From Myxococcota bacterium (GTDB lineage: Bacteria; Myxococcota; JACRCW01): a stretch of 35,515 bases of DNA. The position numbers and the translations under genes were made by a program. This document shows, piece by piece, positions 1 through 8,659 of the stretch. The stretch covers positions 1-35,515 of the forward strand of contig JBFMGU010000103.1 of NCBI GenBank assembly GCA_040752415.1, written 5' to 3'. The stretch's first letter is position 1, and each line of letters opens with the position of its first letter. Below the pieces are notes generated by a model. It was not told the origin of the DNA and did no database searches. It worked only from the letters and a program-made list of their open reading frames with translations.

Positions 1-11
1 CATCTGGAAGA

Positions 12-233
12 CTCCGGTTGAGCCCGAACAGCTCCGGCCAAAGCGGTATTTCAGACCGCACTCCCAAGGTGCCGGCCGCGCCCATCCCATTGGGCGGAGA
101 AGCCAGCACGCAGAGTTTCCCGACGAGCAGCCGCGGTGCGGGCAATCCGAAGAAAGGGCACTCGCGGCGCCCGCACCTTTGGGAGTGCGGTCTGAAATAC
201 CGCTTTGGCTCGGGCTGTCCGGGCTCACCGGAG
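12..233. repeat. Inverted REP-like doublet (REPIN/MITE-like): ~61-bp arms at 12-72 and 173-233
   Basis: GCCAAAGCGGTATTTCAGACCGCACTCCCAA (37-67) is the exact reverse complement of 179-209. The arms extend imperfectly on both sides, and each carries an internal GCGGT-N7-ACCGC hairpin. Confidence 0.85.
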
Positions 234-404
234 CTCCTCCACATATGTGCAAGAACTTCTGGCCAGGTACTTAGCCCCTACGGCTGCGGCGTCGGCTCAC
301 GCCCTGGACACCAGCTGGATACCACCGGCGTGACTGCTCCGGGGACACTACCGTGACGACGTCAGGTGACAGGTAGTATTAGGTGCGGCTGCGTCTAAAC
401 AAAT

Positions 405-546
405 GAGTGTGGCTCTCATCCTGACGCCTCTTCCCGCGCTCCCTGCCAATGAGATTGGCAGGCAACAAAGAAGCTCAAGTCCTGCTCTCCCCTCGGCGGC
501 GGTGTCGCTTCGCAGGACTAACCGTGAATGGGACGCGCGGGCAAAA
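405..546 (+). repeat. Dispersed repeat module A, copy 1 (142 bp)
   Basis: 139/142 identical by eye to 26493-26634. Contains the palindrome CCTGCCAAT-GAG-ATTGGCAGG. Confidence 0.95.
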
Positions 547-550
547 GGGA

Positions 551-768
551 CCCCACGTTCATGCCGTTGCGCTCGCTCGCCCCCCTTCCCCACACCCGCT
601 CACCGTCGTCACCATTGCGGGGAAGGGGGGCACGCATTGGCATTGGGACCTTTCTCGTCGGAAAGATGGCAGCTGCGCCCATCGATTGCCCCCCTTCCCC
701 GGCTCGTGACGACGGAAACCTGGGACTGGGGAAGGGGGGCGAGTGGGCGCCGCGGGACAAACGTGGGG
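551..768. repeat. Palindromic repeat module B, copy 1 (long imperfect hairpin)
   Basis: CCCCACGTTCATGCCGTTGCGCTCG... pairs imperfectly with 727-768, with an inner stem 603-632/688-716. Homologous to 9699-9857. Confidence 0.85.
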
Positions 769-836
769 GGTTAGGTGTTCGCCGGCCACGACGGAATGGG
801 CAATTGGTTTAGACGCAGCACCCAAGGACAGCGCTC

Positions 837-3308
837 TCAGCCGCGACGTCGACGTGGCGAGAAGAAGGAGAGGCTGAGCAGCAGCAGGCCGACCGTGGCG
901 TCGCCCTGGCTGGGGAGCACGGAGGCACAGGACTGGCCATCCGCGCCGTTCTCTCCCTGGGGTCCCGCTGGACCTTGCGCACCGGGTGCGCCGTTCTCGC
1001 CGTCGGTGCCGTTGACGCCATCACTTCCGTCGGCACCGCTGGCGCCGTTGCAGACATGGGACGTGCTGTCCACTTCTCCCGCGCCCAGGATGCCGTCGCC
1101 GGCGGTTTCTCCACCGTCGCCATTGTCCAGGCCCTCGTCAATGCGCGTTCCCCCAGCGGGGCACGCGGGGTCACCCGCAGGAACCGGTGAGAGGGAGAGC
1201 AGCGAATTGGCACCATCCGCTCCGTCGCTTCCGTCGACGCCATCTCTTCCGTCGGTCCCACTCGCGCCGTCGTTACCGTTCAACCCGTTGCAGGAATAGT
1301 AGGCCACATCCACCTCGCCCGGGCCCAGCACGCCGTCACCCGCCGTCTCCCCACCGTCGCCGTTGTCCAGGCCGACCTCGATACGGTTGCCGCCGGCCGG
1401 ACAGCTCGCGTCTCCAACCTCCACCGGCGTCACTCCGACGAGGGAGGCCTCCGCGTCAGTCCCATCGGCTCCGTTGGCGCCATCCGCGCCGTGACACGTG
1501 TAATACGTGTGGTCGACTTCCCCCGCGCTCAGGACGCCGTCACCCGCGGTCCCACCGCCATCCCCGTTGTCGAGGCCCACGTGGATCAGGGAGCCGCCCG
1601 CCGGGCAGGTCGCGTCACCCGTGTTCAGCGTCGTGACCTCCACCAGCGAGTTGGCGCCATCCGTCCCATCGCTCCCCGCCGCGCCACCAGCTCCGGGGGC
1701 ACCGTGGCAGGAGACGAAGCTGTTGTCGCGCTCGCCAGGCTGGAGCACGCCGTCGCCCGCGCTGCCGCCGCCATCCCCGTTGTCCAGCCCCATCTCCACC
1801 CTGGTCCCGCCATGCGGGCAGCTCGCGTCGCCCGTGGGCAATGTGGTCAGGACCGTCAGGACCTCCGGGCGCGGTGCATCCGCGTCGCAGGCGTCTCCCA
1901 GCGCGTCCCCGTCGGTATTCTCCTGCCCCACGTTGGTGATGAGCGGGCAGTTGTCCTCGCCATCGGCAATGGTGTCGTTGTCGTCGTCATTGTCGCAGGC
2001 GTTGCCCTGGAGGTCCCCGTCCGAGTCGACCTGGTCCGCATTCGGCACGGTGACGCAGTTGTCCAGCACGTCGCCAACACCGTCGCCGTCGCGGTCCTCG
2101 TCGCACGGGTCACCCTGCAGGTCACCGTCAGCGTCCGCCTGGTCCGGGTTGGCGAGCACCGGGCAATTGTCGTTCACGTCGGCCCGCCCGTCGCCGTCAT
2201 CGTCGATGTCGCAGGCGTCACCTTCCACATCGCCATCGGTATTCACCTGTGCGGGATTTGGTGTGACGGGACAGTTGTCCTGGGTGTCCGGCAGCGTGTC
2301 GTTGTCGTCGTCGGGGTCGCAGGGATCGCCCTGGGCGTCGCCGTCGGCGTTGGCCTGTGTGGGGTTGGCGAGCAGCAGGCAATTGTCGCCCAGGTCATCC
2401 ACGGCGTCGTTGTCGTCGTCGAGGTCGCACGGGTCGCCTGAGCCGTCGCCGTCAAAGTCCTCCTGGCCGTTGTTGACCACCCGTGGGCAGTTATCTGTTC
2501 CGTCGTCATGGGCGTCATTGTCGTCGTTGGTATCGCAGGCGTCCCCTGCACCGTCCGCATCCGTGTCTTCCTGGGAGGGGTTGTAGACCAGCGCACAGTT
2601 GTCCGCCGCGTCGCTCACGCCGTCGGCATCGTCGTCCGGGTCGCAGACGTCCCCGACGTTGTCGCCGTCAAGGTCCTCTTGCGCGACGTTGCTCAGGAAG
2701 TCGCAGTTGTCGAAAAGATCGTCAACGGTGTCGTTGTCGTCGTCGGAATCGCAGATATCGCCCTCGGCATCGCCCTCATTGTCCTCCTGCGCCGGGTTGA
2801 ACGCACGCGGGCAGTTGTCGACGACATCCGCGTGCGAGTCGCCGTCATCATCTCCGTCGCACTCGTCGCCCTGCCCGTCGCCGTCGAGGTCGATCTGCGC
2901 CGCGTTGGGGATGAGCGGGCAGTTGTCGGTGACGTCCGGGCGCCCGTCCCCGTCGTCATCCGGGTCCCCGCCGTCACACAGCCCGTCGGCGTCGTTGTCG
3001 GCACCGTCGTTGAGCGGGTTGGCCACGCCGCTTGAGCAATCATCACACGTGTCTCCATCACCATCCCGGCACACGAAACGATTGAACGGGTTGGTATCGG
3101 AGGCGTCCCCGATGGTGTCGTTGTCGTCGTCGGGATCACAAACATCCCCCATGGAATCCCCGTCGGAGTTCTGCTGGGGCGCATTGGCCACGGTCGGGCA
3201 GTTGTCCACCGCGTCATCGACACCATCGCCGTCGGAGTCGGCCGCGAACGCCGGGGTTGCCACAAGAACGCCACACACGATGACCAGAGCCCTCGGAAAC
3301 CGCATCAT
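837..3308 (-). CDS. Secreted surface protein: thrombospondin type-3 Ca-binding repeats, 4 Cys-bracketed GLDNGDGG repeats with collagen-like linkers, MYXO-CTERM-like C-terminus
   Basis: Signal peptide MMRFPRALVIVCGVLVATPAFA after a GAGGAGG RBS. 11 DNCP..N..Q.D.DGD..GD.CD units, then 4 CPxGG...GLDNGDGG..AGDG.L..GE.D....C.G repeats. Ends with Cys, a hydrophobic stretch and RRRR. Confidence 0.9.
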   Translation of the reverse strand: MMRFPRALVIVCGVLVATPAFAADSDGDGVDDAVDNCPTVANAPQQNSDGDSMGDVCDPDDDNDTIGDASDTNPFNRFVCRDGDGDTCDDCSSGVANPLNDGADNDADGLCDGGDPDDDGDGRPDVTDNCPLIPNAAQIDLDGDGQGDECDGDDDGDSHADVVDNCPRAFNPAQEDNEGDAEGDICDSDDDNDTVDDLFDNCDFLSNVAQEDLDGDNVGDVCDPDDDADGVSDAADNCALVYNPSQEDTDADGAGDACDTNDDNDAHDDGTDNCPRVVNNGQEDFDGDGSGDPCDLDDDNDAVDDLGDNCLLLANPTQANADGDAQGDPCDPDDDNDTLPDTQDNCPVTPNPAQVNTDGDVEGDACDIDDDGDGRADVNDNCPVLANPDQADADGDLQGDPCDEDRDGDGVGDVLDNCVTVPNADQVDSDGDLQGNACDNDDDNDTIADGEDNCPLITNVGQENTDGDALGDACDADAPRPEVLTVLTTLPTGDASCPHGGTRVEMGLDNGDGGGSAGDGVLQPGERDNSFVSCHGAPGAGGAAGSDGTDGANSLVEVTTLNTGDATCPAGGSLIHVGLDNGDGGGTAGDGVLSAGEVDHTYYTCHGADGANGADGTDAEASLVGVTPVEVGDASCPAGGNRIEVGLDNGDGGETAGDGVLGPGEVDVAYYSCNGLNGNDGASGTDGRDGVDGSDGADGANSLLSLSPVPAGDPACPAGGTRIDEGLDNGDGGETAGDGILGAGEVDSTSHVCNGASGADGSDGVNGTDGENGAPGAQGPAGPQGENGADGQSCASVLPSQGDATVGLLLLSLSFFSPRRRRG

Positions 3309-3561
3309 GCTCACCACCCACCTCCTCGTCGGCGAACCATAACGGGCATGGAGGGGCGGCCGCCACGAGTCAGGGACCGCGTTGGATCCGCGGAAGCTAC
3401 GCGGCGCCGGCGTACCCATGATGCGCGCGCAGAATCACGTTTCCCTGAACGAAGTTCGCTCACGGCAGGGGCGCAGCATCTACTGCGGCCGGCTTGCAGA
3501 AGGCAATAGGCGTGGAGAAGCGCGCTGAGCGGCAAGTTGCTCCGTCGTCACGCTGGCGGGC

Positions 3562-4260
3562 TCACGGGGCCCGCGCGTGGACCTTCACGCTTCCCTCGGA
3601 CGCCGCCATCTCCATGGGCGCGCCCTCCGCCTTGATCCTTCCAAGCACGCCGGTGGGCGCGGAGAAACCCACGAAGTCCACCTCGCGCACGTCGACACCG
3701 TCCGGCGCAGCAGCACGGAAGTCCGCGCGACACTCCTCCACGACCTCGACGTCGACGCTGCCCTTCTCGGACAGCAGCTGCAGCTTGTCGCGGCAGGGAT
3801 GGCCGGTGATCCGGATGTCACCCTGCGCCTCCGCCGAGAGCGTTCCGCCCACGTTGACGAGGGAGATGTTCCCCTTGCTGGCCCGGACCTGTCCGCCGCC
3901 CTGCATGTCTTCCACCCGTGCGTCTCCGTCTGGGACGTCCTCCTGGAAGAACGCATCCGCCGGCGCCACGACGAGAACGTCGAGGAAGACGCCCTCGGAG
4001 GGAGCATCCTTGATCCGCTCGACGAGGAGCTGGGTCTTCCCCTCCCCCTCCGCGCGCGAGACCTTGAAATGCTTCGGGATGGACGCCTCGTCGATTCCCC
4101 GGGGCTGCAACGTGATCTGCGCCTGCTCGAGGCCCACCTGACCCTTCAGCACCGCATTGCCACCGTAGTTCTGGATCTGGATCTCGGCGACCGCCGTGGG
4201 CGCCTCCGCCCCGCAAGCGCTGAGCACCAGACCCGCGGCCAACATCCTGACGTGCGACAT
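3562..4260 (-). CDS. Putative lipoprotein with beta-strand repeat (DUF4097/adhesin-like) region
   Basis: AGGAG RBS; lipobox LSAC; repeated S/A-xx-G-x-I/V strands (ASKGNI, AQGDI, SEKGSV, SEGSV). Confidence 0.7.
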   Translation of the reverse strand: MSHVRMLAAGLVLSACGAEAPTAVAEIQIQNYGGNAVLKGQVGLEQAQITLQPRGIDEASIPKHFKVSRAEGEGKTQLLVERIKDAPSEGVFLDVLVVAPADAFFQEDVPDGDARVEDMQGGGQVRASKGNISLVNVGGTLSAEAQGDIRITGHPCRDKLQLLSEKGSVDVEVVEECRADFRAAAPDGVDVREVDFVGFSAPTGVLGRIKAEGAPMEMAASEGSVKVHARAP

Positions 4261-4293
4261 GGAAGTGTCTCCTGGTTTGTGGAAGCGCGGCAA

Positions 4294-4309
4294 AGCAACG
4301 GGCATGCCC
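4294..4309 (-). promoter_or_regulatory. Putative sigma54 (-24/-12) promoter
   Basis: Minus strand GGGCATGCCCGTTGCT = GG-N10-GC, close to TGGCACG-N4-TTGCW, 34 bp upstream of the ATG at 4260. Confidence 0.55.
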
Positions 4310-4523
4310 GGTTCCCTTCGTCCAGGAATGACGACGAGAAACCGCGTCGCACCGGAGTGGGATTGCGAACCCGCGTTCTCGCCGCCCGCAACTCGCGGTC
4401 ACAGCGCGTCGGATGATCGGCCAGGCGCAAAGCCGTGCGGCCATTGTTGGAGGTGCAGCGCCCGTTGTGGGAGGCCCTGCCATCCATCCTGCAGATGTGC
4501 TGGTGGTGGCTTCAACCGCACGC

Positions 4524-5837
4524 TCAGTACGCGGCGCGACCCTTCTCCGTGCGCGTGGCCACGTCCAGGAAGTGCACGGCCACCTCGTTGCCCAGCAGCA
4601 GGGTGGTCCCATCCGGCGTGATGTTCATGGTGCGCGGGATGAACGGCAGGGGGATGGGCCGCAGCGTGGCACCCGCCACGTCGAGCTCGAAGATGCCGCC
4701 GTCCAGCAGGAACGCGGTCTGGGAGTCGGAGGAGAACGCGAACGCATGCAGCTTCACCGGCGGCCCGTCCACCGTGCGCCGCTCCCCGCTGGCCAGGTCC
4801 AGGACCGCGGCTTGCGCCATCACGTCCATGGGCAGGTCCATGAGCAGGCTCCTCCCGTCGGGGACGAAGGCATACCGCGGCAGCGCACCGGACTCCGGCT
4901 GCGTGGTGAACGTGAGGCTCTGCGTGTCAATGAACATCAGGTGGTAACGCACGTTGCTGCCACGCACCTCCTGGGGAATCTGCGCGGCCTGCGCATCCAC
5001 CGCGTCGCGGTCCAGGAAGGCCACCGCGGTCTTTCCGTCGGGGGAGAGCGCCACCGGGCCAAACCCGGGAAGCTGCTTCTCCACCTTGCAGTCCTTGCCC
5101 AGTGCAATCACCGTCACCGGGTCCTGCTGGCACAGCGTGGGCGCCAGGAAGGCCCGCGTCTCGTCGCTGGAGAGCACCAGCTCGTCCGCGCAGTTCTGGG
5201 CTTCCGTCGTGCACACCGCGGAGCCGTCGTCGGTCTTGCGGATGGAGATGGTGGTGGTGGCGCCCGCCGAGGTCTCCTCCGTGATGATGACGTGCTGTCC
5301 GTCGGAGGTGAGGTCCACGTCGCGCACGGTGAAGGCGCTGGGACGGTAGGTGGAGACATCCGCGCCGGTCTCCGCGTTGACCAGCAGCACGCTGTCGTCG
5401 GTGAGCACCAGGCGACTCCCGTCGGAGGTGACGTCCAGCCAGCGGTCCTCGCGCGGCATCTCGCGTTGCCAGACCACCTTGTCGTGCCCGCGGTCATAGG
5501 AGGCCAGCGTCTGGGTCCCGGTGGCGGTGGAGAGGATGAACACGCCCTGGCCGCGAGGCCAGAACGCCACGCGCGTGGGAGCGGGAAGATCCGCGGGCTT
5601 CCGGGTGCGGTCCCCACCAACGTCACCGAGCACCAGCCGTCCATCCTTCAGCGAGATGAAGTAGCTGCCGTCCGGCGAGACCGCGACCTCGCCCTCCTCC
5701 AGCGCCAACCCGCCTTGCCGGTTGCCCGCCGCGCGGACGCCCTGGTTGGCACCGCCGATGTTGCCCCCCGTCTTCCACTCCGCGCACGCCATCAGGCTCG
5801 CGGTGGCAGCCAGGGTCATGACCAGCAATCTCTGCAT
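4524..5837 (-). CDS. Beta-propeller (WD40/YncE-like) lipoprotein
   Basis: AAGGAGG RBS; lipobox LMAC; repeated blade motifs VAVSPDG, LDVTSDG, VDLTSDG, VALSPDG, AFVPDG, MNITPDG. Confidence 0.85.
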   Translation of the reverse strand: MQRLLVMTLAATASLMACAEWKTGGNIGGANQGVRAAGNRQGGLALEEGEVAVSPDGSYFISLKDGRLVLGDVGGDRTRKPADLPAPTRVAFWPRGQGVFILSTATGTQTLASYDRGHDKVVWQREMPREDRWLDVTSDGSRLVLTDDSVLLVNAETGADVSTYRPSAFTVRDVDLTSDGQHVIITEETSAGATTTISIRKTDDGSAVCTTEAQNCADELVLSSDETRAFLAPTLCQQDPVTVIALGKDCKVEKQLPGFGPVALSPDGKTAVAFLDRDAVDAQAAQIPQEVRGSNVRYHLMFIDTQSLTFTTQPESGALPRYAFVPDGRSLLMDLPMDVMAQAAVLDLASGERRTVDGPPVKLHAFAFSSDSQTAFLLDGGIFELDVAGATLRPIPLPFIPRTMNITPDGTTLLLGNEVAVHFLDVATRTEKGRAAY

Positions 5838-5895
5838 GTGAGACCTCCTTGCCTGGCGGCGCGTCTGGGTTGCCGCTCGGTGGCTGCACGCGTTT

Positions 5896-5911
5896 TGCAA
5901 GCCCCACGCCG
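5896..5911 (-). promoter_or_regulatory. Possible sigma54 promoter
   Basis: Minus strand CGGCGTGGGGCTTGCA = GG-N10-GC with TTGCA, ~60 bp upstream of the ATG at 5837. Confidence 0.4.
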
Positions 5912-5913
5912 TC

Positions 5914-6969
5914 ATGTCGCCACACCACGTCGAGACGTTGCGCTTCCTTCCGCGTGCACACCGGGGATTTTTCGCGGGCGCGCAATTCTTCTCTGCCGAC
6001 GGAGAAAGCGCAGTCTCCGTCGGTGTTTCTCCCGCTGCGGATTCTGCGCCCCGCGGTTCAGTCCGCACCCTGTGCGTGGCACTGCTCGTGGTGATGACGA
6101 CGTGCCTGTTTCCGCGCATCACGCACGCCGGTGAAAGCGGTGTGGAAGGTGTGCGGCAACCCGTGTCACAGCGAGGCGCGGGAGCCACAGGTGATGCGCG
6201 CGCGCCGCAGGATGACGACGCAAGTCCTTCGCCGATCGCGCGGTGGTTGGCGGTGCCAGCGTCGGCGGGCGCGGCGCTGGGCGCCTATGCAACCACGCAC
6301 GTGGTGGCGTTCACGATCTGGGGACTGCTGGCGCTTCCGGTGCTGGCGTTGTCGGTGAGCCAGGCGGGCAGCGGGGATCCCATGGGGTGGGGTGCGTTGT
6401 TGTGTCTGATGACGCCGTTGCAGGCGGTGCTGGTGATGCTGGCCGCGGTGGCGGGGTCGGCGCTGGCCACCGCGGCGGCGTGGCTGACCAACGGCGTCGT
6501 GGGGAGACGCACCACCGACCCGCTGCTGGCCTGCTGGCTTGGCAACGTGCCCACCGGGTTGGCGTTCGTGGCGACGGTGGTGTTGCAGGGTGCGTTGCAG
6601 CTTGCGGGGTGCGTGGGCGCGGTATGGGCGGTGGGCTTCATGACAACGTACCTGGTGGAGGAGCAGGGCTGGAAGCAGGTCAACGCGGAGTACTACGCCG
6701 TCCGTCGCGTGGGGCCGCCGGTGTTCTACGGCAGCTGGTTCTTCTCGCAGGGCTGCGTGCTGGGCGTCATGCTGCTGGGAAACCTGCTGAGCGCGACGTT
6801 GATGGGCGCCGCGGTGGCGCTCGGCGGGCGCGCGCTGCAGCCGGGTGAACCGCCGTGGACCCTGGACAACCCGCTTCCCGAGCTGGAGCCCGAGGCGCCG
6901 CCGCCCGCCGACGCGGACGAGGAAACGCGCGTGGAGCTGGACGAGGACTTCTACACCGACGCGCCGTGA
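5914..6969 (+). CDS. Hypothetical polytopic membrane protein (true start probably downstream of 5914)
   Basis: Several long hydrophobic segments, an acidic C-terminal tail, and GC3-rich codons from ~6230 onward. Confidence 0.65.
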   Translation: MSPHHVETLRFLPRAHRGFFAGAQFFSADGESAVSVGVSPAADSAPRGSVRTLCVALLVVMTTCLFPRITHAGESGVEGVRQPVSQRGAGATGDARAPQDDDASPSPIARWLAVPASAGAALGAYATTHVVAFTIWGLLALPVLALSVSQAGSGDPMGWGALLCLMTPLQAVLVMLAAVAGSALATAAAWLTNGVVGRRTTDPLLACWLGNVPTGLAFVATVVLQGALQLAGCVGAVWAVGFMTTYLVEEQGWKQVNAEYYAVRRVGPPVFYGSWFFSQGCVLGVMLLGNLLSATLMGAAVALGGRALQPGEPPWTLDNPLPELEPEAPPPADADEETRVELDEDFYTDAP

Positions 6970-7022
6970 ACCGTTGTCCCGCATGATGCGGAAGTCGATG
7001 GGCGCGCCTGGATTCCGGGACG

Positions 7023-7835
7023 TCATTTCCTGCGGCGCAAGGCGGCCTCCAGCGCATCCGCCTGCTTAGCCAGCTTCGCCGCACGTTGAGGCTCTTCTTC
7101 CTGATAACGCAGCTTGGCCGCGTGCAGTCGCCACTGGACCACCAAGGCCGGGTGCCGCGCGTGGAGGCGGTTCAACATCTCTCCTTCGGCCCATTGATAA
7201 CAACTCTCGATGTCCTGCCCGCGACTCCGCATGTGGGAGCGCACGCACTCCAATAGCGTCGACACCGACGCATCCAAGGGATCCTCCCTCGCCGACGACT
7301 CCACTGCACCACCAGGATGTCCGTACCACCAGATCGCCCCGTGGACGTCTCCCTGGGCGGCCCTGATGAAGGCCATTCGCGTCAGCAACAGTCTCCACCC
7401 CGGTGCGTCTGGAGGCATGAGCATCTCCGCGGCATCCAGCAGCGCGAACATCTCGCGTTCTGCCGCGGGATAGTCCGCCTTCTCGCAGTATAGGAGTGCC
7501 TTCAACCAGTGGGCGCGCGCGTGGCGCCATTCTTCTCCGTGGACGTCGACGGGCCAGGGGTTGCGCAGCTTCTCGTCCACCAATCCCATGGCGGACCACA
7601 CCCTCACCAGCGCCCCGAAGTGAGGGTCGATCAACGCCCGGCCTTCGAACTTGCCGTCCGCCACAACAATTCCCGCCAGGTACTCTTTCTCCGCACCAAC
7701 GTAATCACGCGCGCGGTACAGCTCGTCGCCACGGTCTCCGTGCGCCTTCCAGAGCTGGACGGAGGGTTTGTCCACGACCTCCGCGGGCGGGGGTGTCGGA
7801 ACCAACGCAATGACGAACACCCAAAGTCTCATCAT
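7023..7835 (-). CDS. Exported all-alpha (TPR-like) protein, paralogue 2; candidate immunity protein
   Basis: Start overlaps the upstream stop (ATGA). Hydrophobic N-terminus. Clearly paralogous to 7832-8659 (GDRGDE.YRA.DY.GAE.EYLA, VDEKLR.PWPVDVHGE.W..ARAHWLKALLY, LHARHPA). Confidence 0.8.
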   Translation of the reverse strand: MMRLWVFVIALVPTPPPAEVVDKPSVQLWKAHGDRGDELYRARDYVGAEKEYLAGIVVADGKFEGRALIDPHFGALVRVWSAMGLVDEKLRNPWPVDVHGEEWRHARAHWLKALLYCEKADYPAAEREMFALLDAAEMLMPPDAPGWRLLLTRMAFIRAAQGDVHGAIWWYGHPGGAVESSAREDPLDASVSTLLECVRSHMRSRGQDIESCYQWAEGEMLNRLHARHPALVVQWRLHAAKLRYQEEEPQRAAKLAKQADALEAALRRRK

Positions 7836-8659
7836 CGCGGCTGTGCCTCGCGTCGCAGCTCCGCTTCGAGCGCGTCCGCCTGCCTGGTCAGTGCCGTGGC
7901 CCGCTTCTTCTGTTTCAGGTGGCGCAACGCATCGGCGTGCAACGTCCACTGAACCAGCATGGCGGGATGTCGCGCGTGAAGCTCCTCCCTGATGCGGGCT
8001 TCCGAGGAGGTGTAGCACCGGTCGACGAACTTCCAGGTGCCTTCAACCTGATACGCAAGGCACCCGATCATCAGTTCCGCCACCTCGTTGAAGGGGTCCA
8101 ATCTCGTCGACAGCTCCCAGCGGTTTCCCGGGTGCCGATACCACCACACCGCTGCCTCGAGGTCTCCCTGGGCCGCGCGCAAGAAAGCCATCCGGTTGAG
8201 CACAAACCTCCACTCTCTCGACTCCGGCGACACAAGCAGTTCCGCCAGTTCCAGCGTGATGAGGGTATCCTTTTCCGCTGCCGCATAGTCCCCCTTCTCG
8301 GAGTACAGGAGCGCTTTCAGCCAGTGGGCGCGCGCTCTCTGCCAATCCTCTCCGTGGACATCCACGGGCCAGGGGTCGCGCAGCTTCTCGTCGACGATCC
8401 CCATCGCCGCCCATACCCTCACCAGCGAACCGAAGTGTTGGTCAATCAACCCATGATCGCGAACATGGAAGGTTCGGTCCGCAAACGAAATGGCGGCCAG
8501 ATACTCCCGCTCCGCTCCGATGTAGTCGTGCGCACGGTAACACTCATCGCCGCGATCGCCGCGTTCTTCCCAGACATGGAGGACATCGTGCACATCGGCC
8601 CGCACAAGGTGCGCCAACATCATGCTCAAGCACACAACACCGACGAGTCTAAGCGCCAT
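7832..8659 (-). CDS. Exported all-alpha (TPR-like) protein, paralogue 1; candidate immunity protein
   Basis: Signal-peptide-like MALRLVGVVCLSMMLAHLVRA. Overlaps the upstream gene by 11 bp. Paralogous to 7023-7835. Confidence 0.8.
   Translation of the reverse strand: MALRLVGVVCLSMMLAHLVRADVHDVLHVWEERGDRGDECYRAHDYIGAEREYLAAISFADRTFHVRDHGLIDQHFGSLVRVWAAMGIVDEKLRDPWPVDVHGEDWQRARAHWLKALLYSEKGDYAAAEKDTLITLELAELLVSPESREWRFVLNRMAFLRAAQGDLEAAVWWYRHPGNRWELSTRLDPFNEVAELMIGCLAYQVEGTWKFVDRCYTSSEARIREELHARHPAMLVQWTLHADALRHLKQKKRATALTRQADALEAELRREAQPR

Larger units (their letters stand above)
388..819. mobile_element. Putative composite MITE bounded by 17-bp terminal inverted repeats
   Basis: GCTGCGTCTAAACAAAT (388-404) vs ATTGGTTTAGACGCAGC (803-819) match 16/17 as inverted repeats. 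The interior consists of two modules repeated elsewhere in the window, with no credible ORF. Confidence 0.6.

Noticed and set aside
348..825. Short ORFs over the composite repeat, and similar ORFs at 26358-27626
   Set aside because: Similarity between these ORFs is explained by the non-coding DNA repeats; no RBS, codon bias or protein motifs.
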